Assembly: GCF_001194135.2 (NCBI RefSeq)
Contig: NC_068987.1
Location: 13,917,747-13,981,746, forward strand
Reading direction: 5' to 3'
Length of the DNA stretch: 64,000 nucleotides
From: Octopus bimaculoides
Taxonomy: Eukaryota
The notes under the pieces are model-generated. The model saw nothing but the letters and a program-made list of their open reading frames with translations, had not been told where the DNA came from and did not search any database. This document shows positions 13,748 through 24,785 of the stretch, one piece after another. The position numbers and the translations under genes are program-made. Every line of letters starts with the position of its first letter. Position 1 is the stretch's first letter.

Positions 13748-16700
13748 AGGTGGCAAGTTGGCAGAATTGTTAGCATGCCAAACAAAATGTTGTGTGGCAT
13801 TCCTTCCAGCTTTACATTTTGAGTTCAAATTCTGCTGAGGTCAACTTTGCCTTTCATCATTTTTCATGTTGATAAAATAAGTACCAGTTGAGCTCTGAGG
13901 TTGATGTAATCGACTAACTCCCTTCCACAAAATCTCAGGCCTTGTACCTATAGTCAAAAAGATCATCATTGTTATTAAGAGTGGTTGACTGGCAGAATCA
14001 GCAGTATCAGACTTGTTATGATATTAATATAAAGCCCTTTACATTCCCAGTAGAAATCTTAAAAATATCAACTGCTTTTAATTGTTCTGGGTAAAGGCCA
14101 CACACTGTAAAGTGGTTGGCATTAGGAAGGGCATCCAGCTGTAGAAACCAATTCAAATCAGACTGGAACCTGGTGCCGCTCTCCAGCTTTTGAGCTCTGG
14201 TCAAACTGTCCAGCCCATGCCAACATGGAAAATGGATGTTACCGGATGATAATGACGATGATGATGAGTCAGTAATATGAAGTTCCATTTGAGTACTGCT
14301 ATTTATCTCTTTGCAGTGCCACGTGATCATTCTCTCCCCATCTTCTGAATATGGGTATCTGTATAGCTTCTCTACAACATGAAACCTGCTCTTCTCCCTT
14401 CTCTCATACTTTTAACCCCTCATCCTCGTTTAATGTCCACGTTTCATGCTAGGAGAGGTTAGATGGTTTGATAGGATACAACGAATCCAAGGACTGCATT
14501 GTGCTCCCTTACCTTTCTTGGCATGCTTTCTGTGGCTCGATGCCCTTCCTAATGCCAACCCTCTCACAGTATCTACTGGACATGGTTTTTCTTTGTGCCG
14601 CTAGCACTAGTGAGGTTACCAGACCCTCAGAATATGATGAGCAGGGGCAGACATCACAAATGCATTCTATCAAATTCTGTAATGACTCTGTCACTTTTCC
14701 AAAAAGAAAAATTGTCAATTAATAACAAGGCTGTTAATTATTGATTAATGATATAATATTCTAGTAGTGGTTTTCTTTGGTTTGTTTTGTTTTTATGTTA
14801 ATGTATTTTTGCTTCTGTGTAAATGTAAAATAACGGGATATTGTTTTTTATGTTTTTGCTATACCTTAGGAGGCTCATTATGTCAATAATAGAAAATAGG
14901 AAAAATTGGAAAACAAAGTTTTTTTTATGGTTAACATTTTGATTTGGTGTTTATTTTAAATATTAAAAATGTCTAAGATGAATCATAGTCCAGAACAGGT
15001 TTTAAAGCACTCACACTCGATATATTTAATGTCATATAAGTGACGTCCATCATTTCCAATCTTCTATGAAAACATGTTTGCTCATGGGGAAATATTTACC
15101 TTACTTAAAAAACAGGTAATGGTTGGTGACAGAAAGGGCATCCAGCTGTAGAAAACCTGCTTCAGCTAATTCCATTTGATCCATGCAAGCATGGAAAGGG
15201 GACATTAAAATGATGATGAGATAGTTAAGCCAATGAGGAAGTCTCCAAAGTGGTTGCTTAGTCTGCTAGAAATAGCAGTCAGATTTCACTACCATTTAAC
15301 AATAAAAGAAAAGGACACATTTGATGAGCCAGATACATTTTATCTGAGAAAAAAGACAGACAGGTCACAGCTGAAGTATTTTTGGTCATTGGTTTTCTCA
15401 ATCAGGGATGATGTGAGCTTAAACAACAATAATGTCTTGAATGTTTCAATATTTCAGTTAATTATTTTAAGGACGTCTGAAATCATTTTCAGTGAAGCTT
15501 CCTCACAGTTTTCACTTTGTAAACTAGAATGGATAGCAACACATCCAAAATGTTATCTTGCAATAAAAATGCTCAGAAATTGAGAAGGATCTCTTCCCAT
15601 CTCTTTCTCTTTGTACTTATTAAATCATACAAGTGGTGTGCCCTGGTGACCAGTTATTGTAAGGGAGGCAATTATTCCTAGATAAATCAAAGCAGGATTA
15701 GAAGTTTGAATTCTAAATCAAGAAACCTGGAAGAAGATGCATTGCTCTATGATTTTTCCTTTTTGGTAACTCACGAGAAAGATCATAAAATTTTAAAATT
15801 GTAGGTGTAACACTTTGCTTTTTCTTTTCTTTCTTCCCATTTCTTTCTTTTTGTTGTTGTTTGTATTGTGTCTGCTAGATTATAATTCTGGGCCTGTAAT
15901 GAAAGCAGTTGATTACAGTGTTTCTGGAGCATGGCAGAAAATAAATTAATAACTGCTAATTAAATGTGTGTTTGTATCATTTGTATTGACATCACAGACT
16001 AATTGTAAATGAGCATCACCCTCCTACAAGCAGTGTCATTCGTTTGCAATCTTACATGGAAACATGTCTGGCTGTTATGCTGTTCATGTGTGAAGGATTA
16101 AGGTAAATGTTACCTTACTTGAAAGCATGTGAGGGTTGGTGACATGGAAGGCATCTGGCCATAAAAAACCTTCTACAAATCTCATCTGACTCATGTAAGC
16201 ATGAAGAAGTGGACATGAAAATGATGATTGTAGTAATTATATCATGCGGTATATGACATAATCTATTATAACATGTATGTAATCATAGTTATTGATCAAA
16301 TTTTTTCATGAACAAAACTTACAATAGACTAGTATATTATCTAGTCTAGAGTTGAGCTGCCATAAAGCTCACCACATCATAATACTTTCTCATAACTACA
16401 GTAAATGGAAAATAAAGTGTCCGCACTAAATGATGATGATTTACTTCTTTGTTATTGCTACATTATTATTATTATTATTTTTATTGTTTTTGTTATAGGA
16501 GTATCCATTTTTCACCATGAAAACCTTTCCTCCTGCATTCATTGTTCACTTAGGAGGTGTTGTGTCAGCAAAATCTGTTAAATTGCTGGATAAAATTCAT
16601 AATCCTGGTAAGTTTCAAATGGTTTTGGGCTAGTTCATTATTTTTAATCTCTAAATATAATTTGGCATCCGAGATAAAATGAACATATACATACACACAC

Positions 16701-18531
16701 ACATGTATATTTTATTTTGCTTTTGCTAAATGTCTAAAACTGAAAATGATTCATTAGTACAATGGATTCTAGGACAGCCAATGTTTTGATTGACATTGTT
16801 GTATTTCACCTACCAGAGGCATCCCAGACTGATGAAACCAACAAGAGTTCAAAGCTCTTGTTTATAACTTCTGCAAACAAACGGTTTCCTGATTCAACCA
16901 CTAATAAATCCTCTTTTGCATGGTGAACAGCAAGAATGGAAACAATGACTTGCATTTTTATTTTTGATAAATTCCGGCACGTTCGAGTGTGAATACGCTA
17001 ATTGCCATTGTGTTCATAATGCTAATGGATCGAGTATGTTTCAATCGTACATTTGTTACAAAGTACTCGTTCTCTTATGATAAAACACAACAGTGATTAG
17101 CATATTCACAGTTGAATTTGCCAGAGCATATTAAGAGTAAATATGCAAATCATTATTTTGATTCTTACACATGACAATTTATTACCAATTAGCAGTTATC
17201 AGCATGAATCAGCAAATAATTTGCTTGCTGAAATCATAAACAAGAGCCACAAATTCTTGTTAAATTCATTAGTCCAGGATGCCTTTAGCTGACGAGACAC
17301 CACAATGTTGAAACACTGAGTGTCTCAAAGTCCACTTCTGCTAATGAATCAAATATGTTATGAACACATTCGTTATAAAGAAGTTGTTCTCCTGTGATGA
17401 AACAGCAGTGATTAGTATATTAACATTTGAATCTGTTGGATTATATTAAGAATGAATATGAAAGTCATTATTTTAGTTCTTGCTCTTCACTGAACAGGTG
17501 ATGATCTTTTAAGAATTATCTATTATAATGTTATTGTCTGCTAAGAACTCAGGTATTTCATCAATTGTCTATTGAACTAAGCAATGTGCTTACTTCGACT
17601 TGGAGCATGTATACCAAAGCTTCAGTTCATCTTTGATGTTTAGCAAGCTTCTTAATGCAGCTATGTCTGTGACTATATAGTAATTTATGTAACAATAAAT
17701 ATTAGGTTAACAGTACAAAGTGTTCTTCTGCATGTTTTATTTTATTTTCCTATTTTCTTTTTTTTTCCACCCACTTTCAGATGAACCTGAGACGAGAGAT
17801 GCTTGGTGGATTGAAATCCGTACTGAGATCCGTTCTCATTGTCGTTCAATGGGATGTCATGCTGTGATAGGTTACAGTGAAATGTCTTCCATATGGTGAG
17901 CTTCTTATAATCTGCATGTCTCTGCATTCTTTATCTTTGTCATATGCTCTCACTCTCCATATTTCCTCCCCTATATATATATAAATAATAATAAATGGAG
18001 CAAAACACATATAAATAAAAGTTCCTTTAATTCCTACACATGTTTCAAAATATATGAGAGAGCTCTTCTACAAAGAAGTAAGAACTGCTGGAATACCTCA
18101 TATATTCCTCTTCAGGGAATCCATAAATAAACATATAAAAGCAAGACAAATACGAAATGATGAGGTAACTTACGAGCTAAGATGTTACATCATAAATTAT
18201 ATATATATATTTGTAAATAGTGATTACTCCAAACATTTACCAGTTTGTTCTCGGTTAGGTATATATATAAAAAGAATTAAAGGTAATGCTATGCCACTTC
18301 ATAATAATCCTTGTTATAGTTCTATATTTAAGAGATGAAGAATCATGTACATTATTTACATTTGACGGATATTTGTCTTCATCTTGTTTGTTGTTAACAC
18401 AACGTTTCGGCTGATATACCCTCCAGCCTTCATCAGGTGTCTTGGGGAAATTTCGAACCCGGGCGTATGGTGTAGTGGTTAAGAGCACAGGCTGCTAACC
18501 CCAAGATTCCGAGTTCGATTCCAGGCAGTGA

Positions 18532-18578
<47 letters not shown>

Positions 18579-20578
18579 TCAAAATATACCTTAGGAATGA
18601 GAACCCAGGTTCGAAATGTCCCCCAAGACACCGGATGAAGGCTGGAGAGTATATCAGCCGAAATGTTGTGTTAACAACAAACAAGATGAGGACGAATATC
18701 CGTCAAATGTAAATAATGTTCTGTACTCAGATTTAATTTTGTATTATAAAATTGAGACTAACTTTGCATTGTTGGTGTATACCTATGCATACCAAGTTTC
18801 ATATTTTGGAGAAAACTGTTTTAATTGATTTTACTACTCCATTCTTCAATTGACATTTTCTTATTTCCTTTTTATCTGTATGTGTGTGTGTGCATGTGTA
18901 TGTATGTATATATACAGGCACACACACACATGCACATGTTTTATATATATCTGTGTGTGTGTGTAAAATAACTTTTTACAGAAATTGTTTTCATCTTTTT
19001 TTGTTTGGTTTTTGAATTCATTAGGATTCCTTTCTTCAAGTGACAAATTATTTTATTTATTTTTAATTCATTCAGTTTTTTTGGCTTTTTTTTTTTTACA
19101 TGACACAAGTTCCTTTACTTTTCCATTAAAAAAAAATTTTTTTTCTTTTATTTATCACTTTCATTTTATTTTTCCTTCTCCTCCTTCTTTTCGTTTCAGT
19201 GATGAAGTAATTATTCTGTCAGCTATTGGCACAGCTGCTGTCATCAGCAGCAACATGGATGTACTGCTGCCTGTTGTCGCACAGAAAGAAACTGCTCCAC
19301 TCTATCAGTCCACTGATAAGGTACCAGTGGAGAAGGAGAAGCTTTATGTTGACGTGAACTTGGCAAATCAAATGTCACAGAATAGGTAAGGCTTCCTCAC
19401 TCCCACACACACGCACATTACAACTTATTTATCTATTTTTGCTAATTACTCTATCATTTGTGCCAAGCTACCTACGTTAGAGTGGTGTATAGTAATAATA
19501 ATAATAATGATGATTGCATTTATTTGCCACAAGGGTGAAGGATGAGGGGGCAATACAAAGACAGACATAAAGTGTGGGAGTTTACATATAATGAAATGAT
19601 TATAAAAAAAAGGGAAAGAGAAAGAAATTAAGTGGACATGGTATACACTGAAAAAGAAGGGACATATGTATAGCATACAATGGTTTAAAAAAATGGTTGG
19701 GTAGGATGATAGAAATGCCTCTTTGGATAATCGAGGAACCCCACTGTCTGAGATTTCCCAGCTAATTTCTAAAGCATAAACAGTGCTGTATTTTATCAGA
19801 AATATGGCCATGAAAGGGTTAAAGAAGTCACTGATTTCATAAGAACAATTCCTTATTTATTTTTGTTTATTTATTTTTTTTCTTTACTTTCCAGTATTGA
19901 AGAGGGTTACACACCTGCAAACTGTGTACTTTGTCACATTCCCTACAAAACTGCCTCTATGCCATTTAAGGTAACACTGGATACCTGCACTGTATGTCAG
20001 TAAGTATATTGTTTCTGTATGTTTTAAGATAGCAGTGAACTGTGTGTGTGTGTGTGCATGCGTTATACATGTCTTTGTCATCATCATCGTCAGCACCTGC
20101 TTTTCCATGCTTGCAGGGATCAGACACAATCTGTTGAAGCAGTTTTTTTTTTTTTATGGCCAAATTCCTTCTTGATACCAGCTCTTACAGACAAGAGTAT
20201 ACATATATAACCAAGTATCTCCTTTACAGCAGCACACCTGTTTCTATCCCCTTTCTTGTTAACTTTCTCTTTCCTTCTCTCTCTCTCTCCCTCTGGGTAT
20301 CCATGTACTTCCCCTGTAGCAAGATACCTCTCTCTCTCTGTCACACTCTAACCTTTCATCATCTGATACAAGATCACCTCACACAAAGATTCCTTGTCTT
20401 GCAAGTTACTTGGTGATGTTGCAGGTACTGATGCTGGTGTTAGGAAGGGCATCCACCCGTAAAAAACCATGCCAAAATAGACACAGAAGTATGGTGCAAT
20501 ATTCTACCTGGCCAGCTCCTGTCAAACCATCCAACCCATGCCAGCATTGAAGACGGACAGTAAATGATGATAATGATA

Positions 20579-20609
<31 letters not shown>

Positions 20610-22319
20610 GATGGGCTTCTTTCAGTTTCCCTCTACCCGGTCTTCTCACTAGGCTTTGGTCAGCCAGGGGCACTTGCCCAAGGTGCTGTGCAGTGGTACT
20701 GAATCCTATTGCACATGGATAGGAAGCAAGCTTCTAAACCACATAACCATACAGTGATATAAATATAAATTGCCAATTCTTCAAATTGTAGATCAGCATC
20801 TTCCTAATTTATCCTGTAAGTTAACCCTCAAGAGAACTAAAATCGGATTTTCAAAACTCAAATTGAAAATGAAAATGAAGAGATGTTAAAAACCGTCAAG
20901 GGTGATGACGATGATGATAACAATGATGACAGCATCATCATCATCATCATCAACAACCATTACTTTCTTTTTATCCCAGATCCTCTCGACGCAGGTGGCT
21001 AGCTTAGTGGGCTCCCACTCTTGACACGTATCAAGGCCCCTCTCCAAAAGAACGTGGGCAGCACACATGCTTTTTATTAAGTCAAAATTGTCTGCACTTT
21101 TATAACTCTTTTTTCCTTTCTCATGATGTTGGACAAGTTTAACCCTTTAGTGTTCACATTATTCTGCCATAATTAATGCTTTTTTATCCACATTGTTTTG
21201 AACTAATCAAGCATTATCTCGTAGCTATGAGATTTTGATGAGGTAGCTGTTAATTTTTAAAATGATATTGTAGGGCTGGTGTGAGAGACCAGATCTGGCC
21301 AGTTTGAACATAGAATAGACAGAATACTTTTGGCTGGATATGGCCGGTTTAAATGCTAAAGGGTTAAAACATTTAAAACATTAGTTATATTTACATCATT
21401 AGAGAGAGAGACAAATTAGATTGTTTTTTTGTTTTTTTTGGCTGGAACCTGAAATGGATAAATCTATAAATAATAGTATGTAAATATTTGGAGAGAAAAA
21501 GTCGATGGCTGCCCATGGGACACAAACTCATATTTTCTATAAACATGACAAACATTCTGGAAAACTTTTGACTTCTTCCATCCAAAGATTTTTTTTCTTT
21601 TAATCTATTACTTACACACTATTATCTTCAGCTTTATTTACTTTGAGCTTCTCTTTCAAAAACAATTAATTTTATTAAAATGATACATTCCCTATTTTTT
21701 TAATTCTCACATGCACCACCCACTTTTCAAATTCTACAAAATTAAGTCTAAAATGATTGGGTGGTTTTTAAGTTTAAGATAATTCATCATTATTATACAT
21801 TCATCTTTCATTCTGGCATGGGTTGAGTGATTTGACAGGACTTGGCAAGCCAAGGGACTGTCCCAAGCTGCACTGCTTGTTTTGGCATGGTTTTTTATAG
21901 TTGGATGCCTTTCCTAATGTCAACCATTTTGCAGAGTATTCTGGGTACTTTTTAAGTAGCACCAGATAAATGAAATTAAATTGTTACAGTTTGATGGTTG
22001 GCAGTGGGGAAAAAGGCAGTTCCAAAAAATTGTATTTGGTTCAAATTATTTTCTCAAAAAAATACACTTCATCTCCATTATTAATTTCTTGCTCGTTTGT
22101 TTGTTTTGCAGTAAACATCCAGTTCCAGATGTGCTTTTTACTACAATCAACCCGCCTGAAGAAATACAGACAATAGGAAAAGGAACTCTTATACAAGCTC
22201 GGTAAGGATCTTATAGAGGAATGCGATGATTGGACATGATCGTTTGGACGCTGACAATTTGGCACAGTTGACTGGACATACAACATGTTTTAGTGACAGT
22301 ATATTTGGTGCTGGAGGTA

Positions 22320-22369
<50 letters not shown>

Positions 22370-23773
22370 CAAATACAGAAATATACACATGCAGATAGAA
22401 AGAGAGACACACATTACACATGCAAACATCACTAGCTTCCTGAAACATCTGCTTTTCCACGTTTGTGTGGCGAGATGGCTTTCCTTTTGCCAACCCTGTT
22501 TCTAAGTAAGGTAATATTTCCCCATTACCAAACATTGTTCTCGCAGATGATTGGAAATGAAGGACACTGCTTGTATGATGGTGACACTCACAACTACCAT
22601 GTGATGTCAAAGTAAGGAGACAGTGACATACATATGTACACACACACAAACACACACACACACACACACACATATACATAAAAATTTATATTTGCATAAT
22701 TATAAATTTTAAGGTGGTGAGCTGGCAGAAACGTTAGCACGCCGGGCGAAATGCTTAACGGTATTTCGTCTGCTGTTACGTTCTGCGTTAAAATTCCACC
22801 GCAGTCGACTCTGCCTTTCATCCTTTTGGGGTCGATAAATTAAGTACCAGTTACGCACTGGGGTCGATGTAATCGACTTAATACCTTTGTCTGTCATTGT
22901 TTGTCCCCTCTGTGTTTAGCCCCATGTGGGCAATAAATAAATAAATAATTATAAATGTTATCAAGATTTCTGCTCATAATTTATCTTGGTCTATTGCAGG
23001 ATATATCGTGCGAAAAAGGAAGGCAAAGGAGAAGCTTGTGCTAAAGAAATTAGTGATGTAAGCATTTCCTATTTGTTATTATTGTTGTTGCTTCAACGAT
23101 ATTTAGCATGGGCATCTGATTATAGAAAATTTGCCTCAACAAATTACCTCTGACCCATGCAAGCATGGAAAATCATCATCAATTAACATCTGTTCTTCAT
23201 GCTGACATGGGTTGGACAGTTTAACAGGAACTGGCTAGCTGGAGAGCTCCCTAGGCTCCATTTTGTCTGTTTTGATTTGGTTTCTATGGCTGGATGCCCT
23301 TCCTAATGCCAGCCATTTTACAGAGTGTACTGGGTGCTGTGAACATGACACTGGTACAGATGCTGATGTTGATATATATATATATATAATATATAATTTA
23401 GATATGCTATAAAATTTATAACTGCTATAAAATTCATCTATGCTATAATTTTAATATACTATAAAATTTATAATTCATATATATAACTTAGTAACAAATA
23501 TTCAAGTTACATTAGATGTTATATTTAAAATGTGAAAACTATAAAACATAGAACAGTTTTGATATGCTTCAAATCTTTCCTCTTCTTTGAGATCATCTAA
23601 CTTGAATCTTTTATTCCATCTGTTGATAGTGTTTACCATTTATGGAATATGAACTTCATAATCAACTTATAAATAAATTAAAGGTGAGTTAAAAGTTTCC
23701 CTTTTTTTTTTTTTGCCTGTGTAATTACTACTACTACTACTACTACTACTATTATTATTATTATTATTATTAT

Positions 23774-23817
<44 letters not shown>

Positions 23818-24719
23818 AGGCAGTGAGCTGGCAGAATTGTTACTGTGCAGGGTAAAATGTTGAGTGGCATTTCTGAGTTCAAATTTCACCAAATTCAACT
23901 TTGCCTTTCTTCCTTTCAGGGTTGATAAAATAAGTACCAGTTGTATACTGGGGTCAATGTAATTGACTTACGCCTCCCCAGAAATTTCAGGCACTGTACC
24001 CCTATTGTAGAAAGGATTATTAGGGTGGCAAGCTGGCAGAATTGTTAGCACTCTGAGAAAAATGCTTAGAGGTATTTCGTCCACCTTTACATTCTGAACT
24101 CAAATTCCATGTACTAATGGAGCGCAGGGGTTGATGTAATTGGCTAGCCCCCTCTCCCAAATTCCAGTCCTTGTGCCTATAGTAGAAAGAATTATTATTA
24201 TTATTAAGGCAGCGAGCTGGCAGAAACATTAACATGCCGTGTGGAATGCTTAACAGTATTTCATTCATCTCCACATTCTGAGTTCAAATTCTGCCGAGGT
24301 CGACTTTGCCTTTCATACTTTCAGGGTTGATAAATTAAACACCAGTTGAGTATTAGGGTCGATGTAATTGACTAGTCCTCTCCTCAAAAAACTTCAGACC
24401 TTGTGCCTATAGTAGAAAGGATCATTATTATTATTATTTCTCTTCTTATCCTTTTTGTCCCTCTATTTATCAAGATACTACTGATAAATTCTTTGCGCTA
24501 TAAATTGCAATTTCATCCAAGTATTATTTTTTAATTTTTGTTTGAGGAATTCCACAAAGGAGATCCCATTCATGTTTTCTACATGTGTATATCTATTATG
24601 AATTTAATATATTTTTAATATTAATATTTATATTCGTAATGTATTTCCTAGTCTGTAATGAAACACATGCAGCATGGAATTAAAAATATACCAAACTTTT
24701 CACTTTTGTAATACATACA

Positions 24720-24785
<66 letters not shown>

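Noticed and set aside
14870-14899. Acceptor ccttag followed by GAG GCT CAT TAT ... TAG
   Set aside because: In-frame stop after 9 codons and no convincing donor; only a possible poison exon, unsupported.
16829-16865. CTGATGA followed by a hairpin as a hammerhead
   Set aside because: No GAAA closing stem II and no stem I/III; the hairpin belongs to the ~320-bp repeat.
18461-18533. Functional tRNA-Ser(GCT) gene
   Set aside because: A and B boxes are present, but the anticodon and acceptor stems do not pair properly, there is no long variable arm and no oligo-T terminator, and (AAT)n follows directly. It is a SINE head.
19968-19976. Strong-looking internal donor AAG/gtaaca in the CHIPY exon
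   Set aside because: It is phase 0, incompatible with the next phase-2 exon, and homology (second CxxC) continues to the 19999 donor.
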